Shown: positions 28,176-37,227 of the stretch, in pieces
Numbering within the stretch: position 1 is the stretch's first letter
How the letters are laid out: the number at the start of each line of letters is the position of its first letter
Source: a virus
Lineage: Duplodnaviria > Caudoviricetes
DNA length: 38,318 nucleotides
Virus record (IMG/VR): IMGVR_UViG_3300008255_000246
Span: 1-38,318 of that record
Strand: one strand, 5' to 3'
Notes under the pieces: generated by a model
Told to the model about the DNA's origin: nothing
Database searches by the model: none
Seen by the model: the letters and a program-made list of their open reading frames with translations, nothing else
Position numbers and translations under genes: made by a program

Positions 28176-30188
28176 GTGATTGAAAAAGAGGGTGGCCGAG
28201 CGCGCAGCGTAAGGACTGTTGAGGAGGAATTAGACATCATCCGTAGTGCTTGGCAAAGCCTGAGCTACGAGCAGCAGCGACTCATCAAAGAGGTCATGGC
28301 GGGCAAGCAAGAGTCAGTTGACGTTTACCGGGCGATGGCCTCAGCTCACTACATTAGAGAGCCTGTCGATCTTGATACCTTCCTCGACGATCCCTACTAC
28401 TCCGGCACAGGTGGCCGCAGCGTCTTTCCTGAGATCCGCAAGTGCTTAAAGGAGATCAACGCGGGCCGCTACTCGTCAGTGATCATGGCTGGGTCAATTG
28501 GTTGGGGTAAGAGCTACGCCGCCACCTACGGGCTCATGTACTCGATCTATCGTCTGACCTGCCTGCGCAACCCGCACGAGTCGCTAGGCGTGGCGCCCAA
28601 CTCAATGATCATCTTCGGCCTGCTGTCGATGTCCAGGGAGCACTGCCGAGATACGCTCTATCAGGACTTCAAAGAGAAGCTGGAGGGCAGCGCCTACTTT
28701 CAGGAGCTAGGCTCACAGTGCTTGACCTACTATGCCAAGATCATGCCTGGGGTGAGGGTGGTGACAGACTCGACGGCAGGCAAGAACGTCATCGGCAAGA
28801 ACCTCATCGGTGGCATCATCGATGAGGTCAACTTTGGCGCTTCGATTAAGCTCGTCTCCACCAAAAGGACAGCGACCAGTCAAGGCGCCCCGCTCACGCA
28901 GGTTGAGGTCACTTATGACCAGCTCAACCGCCGCATCAAGTCGCGCTTTATGAGGCGCGGCACAGTGCCTGGGTGCCTATATGTGATCTCGTCCTCAAAC
29001 AACGAGATGGACTTCACAGAGAAGCTGATCAACGCCGCCGCTCATGATCCGCAGGTGTGCGTGCTCAACTATGCTGAGTGGGAGACAAAGCCGCCTGAGC
29101 GTTATAGTGGTGAGAAGTTCCGCGTCTTCTTTGGAGGCCGGGCCTTGGTGTCTCGCATCCTTGAGCCAGATGAGCCCGACCCTGTGACTGATGACGAGTT
29201 CGCCAAGGTCATCGAGGTGCCGATCGAGTTCAGGCAGGACTTCGAGCGCGACATTGAAAACTCGATCAGGGACATCGCTGGGGTGTCTGTTCCGCGCATC
29301 ATGCCGTTTATGTCCCGCTGGGATAAGATCCAGGCGATCTATAAAGAGCGCGAAGATCAGCCCGTGCCGACAAAGGAAGTGATCTGGTACAGCGGCGACC
29401 CCTCACCGTTCAGATGGAACAACCTATCGAAGAAGCGGCAGATCACAGAATATGGCGTCACCAAGGTGAAGTGGTTGCCCTTGGTTAACCCTGATGCGCG
29501 CCGCCACATCCACCTCGACCCGAGCTTGACCAAGGATAAGATGGGCTTTGTCGTGGGCCACATCGATAGGTGGGTTGAGGTGCCGCTCTATGACGCTGAG
29601 AGCAACACCTACTACTCTGAGCTGAAGCCCTTGATCTGGATTGACGTTGCGCTGGCGATCTCAGCGCCGCCCGGTGGAGAGATCACTTACTCGCACGTCA
29701 GGCGCTTGATCTACGAGCTTCAGGAGCACGGCTATAAGTTCAACTTTGTGAGCGCCGACACCTACCAGAGCGCAGATATGCTGCAAGAGCTTAACGCTAA
29801 GGGCATCAGGTCTGAGATCCGCTCACTCGACACAAGGATTACTGGGTATCAATACTGCAAGGACGCGATCTATGATGGTCGCGTCTTGATGTACCCCTGC
29901 GACTATCTGATCGATGAGCTGAAGTATCTCCAGGTGGACAACATCCGAGGCAAGATCGATCACCTACCCGGTCGCACTAAGGATGTTTCCGATGCGCTTG
30001 CGGGTGTAGTATGGTCGCTATCGACTGAGGTTGAGAAACCTATGGATTTGACGCTTGGCTTGAATGCCTTTGAGAAGACGGCCCAGAGCGAAGACGAATA
30101 TTTTGGGCTCACTGGCCCAGACTCTTTGGGGAATGACCCCAACCGTGTCTTCATGCAAGGTCGCGACTTTCCAAGCTGGCTAAAATAA
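28176..30188 (+). CDS. terL: terminase large subunit
   Basis: GGAGG RBS with GTG start. Walker A GSIGWGKS, Walker B IIDEVNF, ISS motif III, and nuclease motifs HLDPS, DTYQS, KIDH...KDVSDA. Confidence 0.9.
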   Translation: MIEKEGGRARSVRTVEEELDIIRSAWQSLSYEQQRLIKEVMAGKQESVDVYRAMASAHYIREPVDLDTFLDDPYYSGTGGRSVFPEIRKCLKEINAGRYSSVIMAGSIGWGKSYAATYGLMYSIYRLTCLRNPHESLGVAPNSMIIFGLLSMSREHCRDTLYQDFKEKLEGSAYFQELGSQCLTYYAKIMPGVRVVTDSTAGKNVIGKNLIGGIIDEVNFGASIKLVSTKRTATSQGAPLTQVEVTYDQLNRRIKSRFMRRGTVPGCLYVISSSNNEMDFTEKLINAAAHDPQVCVLNYAEWETKPPERYSGEKFRVFFGGRALVSRILEPDEPDPVTDDEFAKVIEVPIEFRQDFERDIENSIRDIAGVSVPRIMPFMSRWDKIQAIYKEREDQPVPTKEVIWYSGDPSPFRWNNLSKKRQITEYGVTKVKWLPLVNPDARRHIHLDPSLTKDKMGFVVGHIDRWVEVPLYDAESNTYYSELKPLIWIDVALAISAPPGGEITYSHVRRLIYELQEHGYKFNFVSADTYQSADMLQELNAKGIRSEIRSLDTRITGYQYCKDAIYDGRVLMYPCDYLIDELKYLQVDNIRGKIDHLPGRTKDVSDALAGVVWSLSTEVEKPMDLTLGLNAFEKTAQSEDEYFGLTGPDSLGNDPNRVFMQGRDFPSWLK

Positions 30189-30198
30189 GAGGTGCGCT

Positions 30199-31935
30199 GT
30201 GGGCTTATACGATCTCTGGAACGACTTAAGGGGCTTTTGGTCGATGCAGGCCAATCAGGTTCAGGAGATTGAGCGAGCGCGCCACCCTGAGCGCTATAAG
30301 TCACCAATGAACCTCTGGGGGCTGGGCGGCGCCGAGGGCGGCTTCTTTGACAGCTTCACGCGCAACACGCAGGTTCATGCCGACCTCTACCGTCGTTATG
30401 TGGACTATGAGCAAATGGATGACTACCCCGAGTTGTCATCCGCGCTTGACTCCTATGCCGACGAGGCGACGCAGGCCGACTTCCTGAGAGGCCAGAAGAT
30501 ATGGGTTGAGAGCCCCAACATTCACATCGCCTCGGATCTCAACTTCATGCTTCACAAGACGCTCAAGGTGGACAACGTGATCTGGGAGCAGACGCGTTAT
30601 CTGTGCAAGATGGGCAACGGCTTTGAGCGCATGTTGATCAACGAAAACGGCGTAATCAAGCTGGATCCGTTGCCAGCGACGATGACGCGCGTGGTCAAGG
30701 GTGTTGGCAACATCACCATCGGCTATATCGCCTCGCTCAACCCATCAGTGACCATGAATCCCGATCAGTTCAGGTCGCTTCTCTTGAAGGCGCAAGGCGG
30801 CCAGGGTCCGATCGTCACGTCCGGCAACGCGCAAGACATTCCGTTTGAGGGCTGGGAGGTGTCGCACTTTGCGCTGCGTGGCAAGGAGCGCATGACCGAC
30901 TATGGGTACTCCATCATGGAGCCCGCGCGCTGGGTCTACCGTCGCTTGGTCATGATGGAGGATGCTGTGCTTGTCCATAAGTTGACGAGGGCATCGAGCC
31001 GCAACGTCTTCTACGTCAACACAGGCGACCTCCAGCCTGATCAGGCGATGAGCTACGCGCTTCAGGTTAGAAATTTCTTCAAGCGCCAGAAGCTCGTGCG
31101 CACAAGCAACGGTACGCTTGACAGCGCCTATAACCCCTTGGCGATCGATGAGGACTTCTTTATCCCCGTTCACCGAGAGCGCGGCGAAGCTGTGCGCGTG
31201 GACAGCATCAGCGGGTCTGACTATCAGGGGATGGAGGACACTGACTACTTCAGGAAGAAGCTGGGCCGCGCGATCAAGATCCCCAACTTTGGGCGAGATG
31301 ACGACGCTCAAAACCGCCCGCTCTCCCAAGAGGACTTCAGGTTTGCTGCCGCAGTGATGCGTGTGCAGCGCGCAATTATCGAGGGCTATTACAAGGTGTG
31401 TGATGTTCACCTTATCGCGACAGGTCGCGACCCGAGGGACTTTGACTACAAGATCATGATGACGGTGCCGTCCGCGATCATTGAGCTTGCCAGGGTTGAG
31501 GTGATGTCGGCCAAGGCGGACATTCTGGGCTCTCTCCGAGAAGACGTGTCGATCCGTTGGCTGCTGGTCAACCTCTATGGCTTCTCAGAAGACGAAGCGG
31601 TTACGCTCATGGTCCAAAGGCAAGAGGAGCTGGATTACTTCGCGGCAACGGACTTGGAGCGCCAGCTTGAGAGGGAGAAGATCGAGCGTGAAGTTGGCGG
31701 CCTCAGCGAGAGCAATCTTGGTCACTCAAGCGAGTTTGAGAGGAAGCTCAAAAAGGGAGCCCTTGGGGTCACTCGTGACAAGTTCATGGAGGGCAGTGAG
31801 CCTGACCGCGCGCACCTACGCCGCATCGCCAAGCGAGAGCCTAGACTGGCAAAGCGGCTGGATCGTCTTGAGGCGCTGCTGAATGAGATCAAGCGCACGA
31901 CCCGAATGAACAGCCAAAACCGAGAAGCAAAGTAA
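30199..31935 (+). CDS. portal protein (T4 gp20-like)
   Basis: Y..MD.YPE.SSALD.YADEAT, L.MMEDA.LV.KL.RA..R.VFYV..G.L, EDFFIP, D.DYF.KKL..A.KIP. Confidence 0.9.
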   Translation: MGLYDLWNDLRGFWSMQANQVQEIERARHPERYKSPMNLWGLGGAEGGFFDSFTRNTQVHADLYRRYVDYEQMDDYPELSSALDSYADEATQADFLRGQKIWVESPNIHIASDLNFMLHKTLKVDNVIWEQTRYLCKMGNGFERMLINENGVIKLDPLPATMTRVVKGVGNITIGYIASLNPSVTMNPDQFRSLLLKAQGGQGPIVTSGNAQDIPFEGWEVSHFALRGKERMTDYGYSIMEPARWVYRRLVMMEDAVLVHKLTRASSRNVFYVNTGDLQPDQAMSYALQVRNFFKRQKLVRTSNGTLDSAYNPLAIDEDFFIPVHRERGEAVRVDSISGSDYQGMEDTDYFRKKLGRAIKIPNFGRDDDAQNRPLSQEDFRFAAAVMRVQRAIIEGYYKVCDVHLIATGRDPRDFDYKIMMTVPSAIIELARVEVMSAKADILGSLREDVSIRWLLVNLYGFSEDEAVTLMVQRQEELDYFAATDLERQLEREKIEREVGGLSESNLGHSSEFERKLKKGALGVTRDKFMEGSEPDRAHLRRIAKREPRLAKRLDRLEALLNEIKRTTRMNSQNREAK

Positions 31936-31952
31936 CTGCAATCGATTGCAGT
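31935..31952. repeat. dispersed palindrome copy 7 (18 bp)
   Basis: A-core-T, between the portal TAA and the next AGGAG RBS. Confidence 0.95.
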
Positions 31953-31965
31953 AGGAGAATGAAGC

Positions 31966-32715
31966 ATGGCATTGAACGCGCAGCGCATCGTGGAACTCAC
32001 CACAGGCCGCATGGAAGACAAGCTCAACACCATTCACGCCTGGGTGACTGAGCGCGACGAGGTGCTTATCGGCACTTATGAGGACCGCTTTGTGACGATC
32101 AAGGGCACGAGCGCGTTCACCTACGGATACAGCTTTGGGGCGGATGGGCTATCGGTCAACCTGCCGGGCTCAAGTGAGGATCTTCACATCGACGATGAGG
32201 AGTATGGCAGGCAAGTCGTCACCAAGACTAAGGAGGCCATGTCGCTGCTCTCCGAGGGCCGCGTGTCGGAATCTGTCGAGATGTTGACAGCGCTCATGCC
32301 TCATGCACACGCACCAGACTTTATTGCAGAAGCGTGGTTGAGTAGATTAAGGCCACTGACTGAGCAACGTCTCTTGTTTGTAGAGCAGGACGTGGGCTTA
32401 ATTACAGAAGGGCTATCGACTCGACAGTTGACGTTGCTCGAAGAAAGCATCGACGAGGGCTCGTATCTGAGTAGGTGCAACGTGGTTCGTCTTCAAGCAG
32501 CTCGCTTCACTGAGATGATCCCCGTGCTCGCTGAATCGGCCCCGGTGCTTGAAGGAGCTTTTCTACTTGAGAGCTTGGACCTATGGAATCAGATCGACCT
32601 CTTGCACGAGAGCTTGAACTTTATCAGCGAGAGTTATCACAGGCTCTTGTCGGAGCAGTTGACGACCCTTAGTAACCTAACAGCGCGAGCCTTAAGCCTC
32701 GCAGGTGGAGAGTAA
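31966..32715 (+). CDS. head-module protein, likely prohead core/internal protein
   Basis: AGGAG RBS; between portal and protease; many hydrophobic-x-E-S/A motifs. Confidence 0.55.
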   Translation: MALNAQRIVELTTGRMEDKLNTIHAWVTERDEVLIGTYEDRFVTIKGTSAFTYGYSFGADGLSVNLPGSSEDLHIDDEEYGRQVVTKTKEAMSLLSEGRVSESVEMLTALMPHAHAPDFIAEAWLSRLRPLTEQRLLFVEQDVGLITEGLSTRQLTLLEESIDEGSYLSRCNVVRLQAARFTEMIPVLAESAPVLEGAFLLESLDLWNQIDLLHESLNFISESYHRLLSEQLTTLSNLTARALSLAGGE

Positions 32716-32718
32716 CGA

Positions 32719-33420
32719 ATGAGCGAATATAACGTCTTGCTAGAGAGGAAAAGCGGCCTTTTGAGCTATCTGCGAGCTGGCCGAACCGAGCTTTCTGAGT
32801 CCAAAGAGCCCAAGCGCTACACGGTGGCTCAGTCTTCTGGAGAGGAGCCGCCCGACCCCGAGCCTGTGCTTGAGGCGCTGCTTTCTGAGGCTGGCTATCG
32901 CAAGGTGCGCAGCTTCGCCAAGCCGGGCGCTCCAAAGAAGAAGAAGATCAAGAAGGGCACGTCAGGGCAGCGAGCAGCGTGGCGCCGCAACTATCGCAAG
33001 AAGCGCGCAAAGCTGAAGGTCCAGCGCAAGCGCCGTCAGCGCAAGCCAGAGTTCCGTCGTCGCGAGCAGCGCAAGAAGTCTTACCTTAAGCGCATGGGCG
33101 AGTCGGCTGAGCGCAGCGTTGATGGCGTGCGCTACTTGTTCGTGACCGATCTCATGGAGGCAGCCGACCTCGCGAGCATCACGCTTGAGCAGATGATCGC
33201 CTTGGCGGAGGACGCTGACTTTGCTGACGAGCTGGCCGAGTGCTCCTGCCAGTTCCAAGAGATCGCCGCCGATCTGGAGCGCGGCCAAATCACAGCCGAG
33301 GAGGCGACAGCTCGCATGGTCAAGGGCATGAACCTTCTCGACTCCTACCTTGAGATTTACGAGGGGAAGGAGTCTGATGATGACGGCGATGATGACAATG
33401 ACGATGACGAAGAAGAATGA
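32719..33420 (+). CDS. putative prohead core protein with an Arg/Lys-rich block and acidic tail
   Basis: RRNYRKKRAKLKVQRKRRQRK block and DDDGDDDNDDDEEE end; position matches T4 gp67/gp68. Confidence 0.55.
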   Translation: MSEYNVLLERKSGLLSYLRAGRTELSESKEPKRYTVAQSSGEEPPDPEPVLEALLSEAGYRKVRSFAKPGAPKKKKIKKGTSGQRAAWRRNYRKKRAKLKVQRKRRQRKPEFRRREQRKKSYLKRMGESAERSVDGVRYLFVTDLMEAADLASITLEQMIALAEDADFADELAECSCQFQEIAADLERGQITAEEATARMVKGMNLLDSYLEIYEGKESDDDGDDDNDDDEEE

Positions 33421-33655
33421 CCTTGAGGAGCGTCTGTCGGCGTTCCTCAACGAAGAATTTGAGAGGAGCGATGGCGGCCTGAAGAAGCGGCGAACGGCCT
33501 ATTCTTCAGGTCGCCGTGAGCAGATGGGCATGAGGCGTAAGCGTCCATCCTTGCGCGCTGAGCTTAAATCAGCGCTCGGGACAAGCAAGCGCCGAAAGAA
33601 GTCGGTCAACACACAGACGCCCGCTCGCTCAAAACAACGTTGGCGAAAACGATGA
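33404..33655 (+). CDS. small, very basic protein
   Basis: MTKKNDLEERLSAFLNEE... with an R/K-rich C-terminus; overlaps the previous stop. Confidence 0.45.
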   Translation: MTKKNDLEERLSAFLNEEFERSDGGLKKRRTAYSSGRREQMGMRRKRPSLRAELKSALGTSKRRKKSVNTQTPARSKQRWRKR

Positions 33656-33659
33656 TAGA

Positions 33660-33689
33660 GTGTGTACTGCAATCGATTGCAGTACACAC
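33660..33689. repeat. dispersed palindrome copy 8 (30 bp)
   Basis: GTGTGTA-core-TACACAC, upstream of the protease. Confidence 0.95.
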
Positions 33690-33749
33690 CATTGATTCAG
33701 GCTTGCTGATGGCTTCAAGATAGGTGCAGCACAGCCACAGGAGGACAGG

Positions 33750-35636
33750 ATGCTCATTACTGAAAATGTCGAGGGCCAGGAGCTGTACCTTATCAACGAG
33801 GTTTACTCATTCACCATTGATAAGGCGTCGCTGGTTGAGTCGGTCGATCCGACAACCTCGCGAAAGAAAATCACGGGTCGAGGTGAGTTTGGTTGGTGCG
33901 GCAAGCCAACTCAAAATCGTCGCGTCTACGGTCAGGCCATCATGGAGCGCGAGATCAAGCGCCTCCAACCCATGATCGCCAAGGGGCATCTTCTTGGTGA
34001 GATGGATCACCCCGAAGATGGTCGCTCTCGCTCTCACCGCTCAGCGATCAAGATCACCGAGCTGAAGGTCGAGCCCAACGGTCGAGTTGTTGGAGCTTTT
34101 GAGGTGTTAAGTGAGAAGGTTCCTGGGGCCAGGGAGATGATGGGCCTTCTGGAGTCTGGTGTTAAACTTGGCGTCTCATCAAGAGGCTCAGGTAGCGTGC
34201 GTGAGGACTCGAACGGCAACTTTATTGTCCAAGAGGACTTCAGGCTTGCAGTATACGATGTCGTGGTCGATCCCGCGTGGGGCGACGCACTGCCTGTTTT
34301 TGATATGAACGAGGCCACAGCGGCCCCGCCCGAGGAGACTAAGAAGATGTCTGACGAGAAGATCAACGAGCTGAACAAGATGTGGGAGTCGCGCTTTCGC
34401 GAGCTTGAGCAGGCCAATGAGGCCAAGCTCGCCAAGCAGCTCAGTGAGATGCAGCGCCACTTGCGCGAAAGCGCTCTGAATCAAGCGCGCACGGAGAGCG
34501 GCCTGGGCCAAGACGCGATGTCCAAGCTGCTTGAGGCCGTGCAGGGCATCGCCCCGATGGACCAGATCTCTGAGAAGAAGATCAAGAGCCTTGAAGCTCA
34601 AAACGCACAGCTTGTTGAGTCTGTTAAGACAGCACAGGCGCGCCTCGATGAGATGAAGGCCAAGCAGAAAGCCGAGGGCGAACAAGGGCTTGATGCCTAC
34701 ATGGACGAGCAGGTCGGTGAGGCTGTCCAGTGGGTTGAGTCTTCGCAGGTGCAGAGCTTCTTTAACCTCCTGGGCGAGAAGTCGCAGTTCACGAGCAGGG
34801 AGTCGTTTGATCAGCGCCTCAACGGCCTTAAGGAGCACTTCAAGCTCTCAGGCTGGATGATGGAGGCTAGTGACTATGACATCTTCGCGATGCTCGAAGA
34901 CCTTACCGTGGCCGAGTCGCTTATCAAAGAGAGCAAGGCCAAGATGGAGGAGATGGACAAGGAGCTGGAGGAGTCGCGCCGCGTGCTATCCCGCCGAACG
35001 GCCCTGCTGTCCGAAGCAAAGAGCGAGATCGAGGCGATGTCCTCAAAGCTCAAGGCTGCTGAGTCTGAGAAGGAGGTCATGCAGAACGAGATGCGTCAGA
35101 TCAAGGAGTCTCGACGCGAGCTGCGCCGTAGGCTCTCCGAGAGCACGTCTAACCTTCGCGCTGCGACCGATCGCGTTGCCAAGCTCAACGAGGAGCACGA
35201 GCGCGCCACCAAGCTCATCAGTGAGTCTAAGCGCGAGCTGACCAAGCGTCGCAAGCTAAACGAGCGCCTTGAGCTGGACATCTACAAGCACAAAGCCGTG
35301 CTTGGCGCCACCAACCCTGTCACGATGCTGGAGGAACTTTCTTCAGCAAGTTCGCAAGAGGCAGTTGATTCACTTCTGGAGAGCTACCAGAATGGCAAAG
35401 GGAAGCAGCCTTCCTTCCAGAGTGACCTTAACGAGCAGGCGGTCGAGAAGATCCGCATGACCGCGAAGGCCAGAAGCGAAGGGAGGCCGCAACCAAGCGC
35501 TAAGCAGCTTAACGAGGCCACATCGACCCCCAAAGCTCCGACCAGCCCCATGCAGACGCCTGCACCATCGGGTCCAGTCATGGTTGAGGAAGGGCTCCCA
35601 AGTGTGAGCTTCGTTCGCAAAGTGCTCAATGGCTAG
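33750..35636 (+). CDS. prohead protease (T4 gp21-like) fused to a coiled-coil scaffold
   Basis: N.R.Y, GEMDHP, GVSSRGSGS, DF.L..YDVV.DP; then about 430 aa of heptad-rich helix; AGGAGG RBS. Confidence 0.9.
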   Translation: MLITENVEGQELYLINEVYSFTIDKASLVESVDPTTSRKKITGRGEFGWCGKPTQNRRVYGQAIMEREIKRLQPMIAKGHLLGEMDHPEDGRSRSHRSAIKITELKVEPNGRVVGAFEVLSEKVPGAREMMGLLESGVKLGVSSRGSGSVREDSNGNFIVQEDFRLAVYDVVVDPAWGDALPVFDMNEATAAPPEETKKMSDEKINELNKMWESRFRELEQANEAKLAKQLSEMQRHLRESALNQARTESGLGQDAMSKLLEAVQGIAPMDQISEKKIKSLEAQNAQLVESVKTAQARLDEMKAKQKAEGEQGLDAYMDEQVGEAVQWVESSQVQSFFNLLGEKSQFTSRESFDQRLNGLKEHFKLSGWMMEASDYDIFAMLEDLTVAESLIKESKAKMEEMDKELEESRRVLSRRTALLSEAKSEIEAMSSKLKAAESEKEVMQNEMRQIKESRRELRRRLSESTSNLRAATDRVAKLNEEHERATKLISESKRELTKRRKLNERLELDIYKHKAVLGATNPVTMLEELSSASSQEAVDSLLESYQNGKGKQPSFQSDLNEQAVEKIRMTAKARSEGRPQPSAKQLNEATSTPKAPTSPMQTPAPSGPVMVEEGLPSVSFVRKVLNG

Positions 35637-35660
35637 TTCGTTTGCAGTGTAGAGAAACGA

Positions 35661-35676
35661 GGAGGCGTAAGCCTCC
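35661..35676 (+). promoter_or_regulatory. GNRA-tetraloop hairpin in the capsid gene leader
   Basis: GGAGGC-GTAA-GCCTCC with no U-tract. Confidence 0.4.
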
Positions 35677-35712
35677 CACCCTGAATCAACAGCTTTAAAA
35701 GAGAGATAAATC

Positions 35713-37218
35713 ATGAGTGTTCTTATGGAAGGCGGCGCGGTCGCTTCGATCCACTCCAAAGAGTTCATCATGCCTTTGGTGGAGAAGTACCAGGAGTACC
35801 TTGAGCTTGTCCCCAAGGGTGGTTCCAACGGTGATGATCGTCGCAAGTCCTGCGCGCTCGTGCTTGAGAGCACGCGCAAGGGTCTGGCCACGGCGATCAA
35901 GAAGGCCAACATGTTCGAGTCGGTCAACACGACCACGGCCCAGATCGACTCCTACGCCCAGACGATCTTCCCCGTCCTGATGAACGTCTTCCCAAACCTC
36001 ATCGCGCACGAGCTTGTCTCGGTGCAGCCGATGGCTGGTCCCATTGGGGCGGTGTTCTACTACGACTACAAGTATGCCTCCAACAAAGGCCGCGTGAAGT
36101 CGGGCGACAACATGATCGAAACCTTCGATCCTTACTACACCTCCGAGGAGGTCGAGGGTGAGTTCTTGGTTACGGCAGACGGCACCAACTTTGGTGGCGC
36201 TGGCGTGGCTCTGAGCGCCACGACTCGATACAGCCCCCTGCGCCCGCTCAACAGCTCAAACAACAGTAACCACAAGGTCATGATCCTTGAGGTCGATGCT
36301 GATGATGAGATCGTCCAGATGGCGACTGATGACGGCGCTGGCGGCTTCACCTTCGTGCCTGCTGGCGCTCCCGCCGCTGGCGCTGTGGACTATCAGTCCG
36401 GCACCATCACGGGCTTTAAGTTCAGGAACATCCCCGCCAACGGCAACAGGATCGTCGCGCACTACTGGTACAACATGGAGGGCAATACCGATGTCCCCCG
36501 TGGCGCGATGGACATCCGACTCCAGACGATCGAGGCGAGCACCCGCAAGCTCAACGCGACGTGGAGCGTCGAGGCCGCTGACAACCTTCGCGCGCTTCAC
36601 GGCATCGAGGGTGAGGCGATGTTCCTTGTTGGCTTCTCGAACGAGATCGGCCTTGAGATCGATCGTGAGATCCTGAACGACCTGATCAACGGCGCCGAGA
36701 CATCAGCGACGTGGAACCGTGGCGGCACGCCTTCCGGCATCTCCGAGCTGGACTACCTGCGCACCCTGTTCACGGTCCTGAGCGAGCAAGCCAACCAAGT
36801 CCACAGGAAGACCAAGCGCGCGCCTGCCAACTGGATCGTCACCTCCCCCGAGGTGTCCGCCCTGTTCGCGCAGTTCCAAACGCACGGCGACTACCTGCCA
36901 AGTGCCCCTGTGTCTGAGCGTGATCCAAGCTACGGCAACATCACCTCCGACTTCGGTGCCTATCGCACGGGCGCCCTGATGAACCGCTTCAACGTCTACC
37001 AAGACCCGTATATGCGCCGTAACCAGATCCTCATGGGTCTGAAGGGTCGCACCTACCTTGACGCTGGCTACGTCTACGCCCCGTACATCCCCTTGGAGAT
37101 GACGCACACCTTCCAAGACCCAGACGACCAGCAGTTCAAGAAGGGCTTGCGCACCCGCTACGCCAAGAAGCTGCTTCGCGGCAGCTTCTACGCCACGGTC
37201 CAAGTCCAAGGGATCTGA
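35713..37218 (+). CDS. major capsid protein (T4 gp23-like, HK97 fold)
   Basis: SVQPM.GP.G.VFY, TRKL.A.WS.EAA..L.A.HG, EIDREI, ANWIV.SP.V, AGY.YAPYIPL, G..TRYA. Confidence 0.95.
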   Translation: MSVLMEGGAVASIHSKEFIMPLVEKYQEYLELVPKGGSNGDDRRKSCALVLESTRKGLATAIKKANMFESVNTTTAQIDSYAQTIFPVLMNVFPNLIAHELVSVQPMAGPIGAVFYYDYKYASNKGRVKSGDNMIETFDPYYTSEEVEGEFLVTADGTNFGGAGVALSATTRYSPLRPLNSSNNSNHKVMILEVDADDEIVQMATDDGAGGFTFVPAGAPAAGAVDYQSGTITGFKFRNIPANGNRIVAHYWYNMEGNTDVPRGAMDIRLQTIEASTRKLNATWSVEAADNLRALHGIEGEAMFLVGFSNEIGLEIDREILNDLINGAETSATWNRGGTPSGISELDYLRTLFTVLSEQANQVHRKTKRAPANWIVTSPEVSALFAQFQTHGDYLPSAPVSERDPSYGNITSDFGAYRTGALMNRFNVYQDPYMRRNQILMGLKGRTYLDAGYVYAPYIPLEMTHTFQDPDDQQFKKGLRTRYAKKLLRGSFYATVQVQGI

Positions 37219-37227
37219 TCCGAGCTG

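Noticed and set aside
33376-33417. GAT/GAC tandem repeat
   Set aside because: Simply encodes the poly-Asp/Glu tail.
35638-35647. TCGTTTGCAG as a degenerate half-copy of the palindrome before the capsid gene
   Set aside because: Only the right part matches (9/10) and the left arm is absent.
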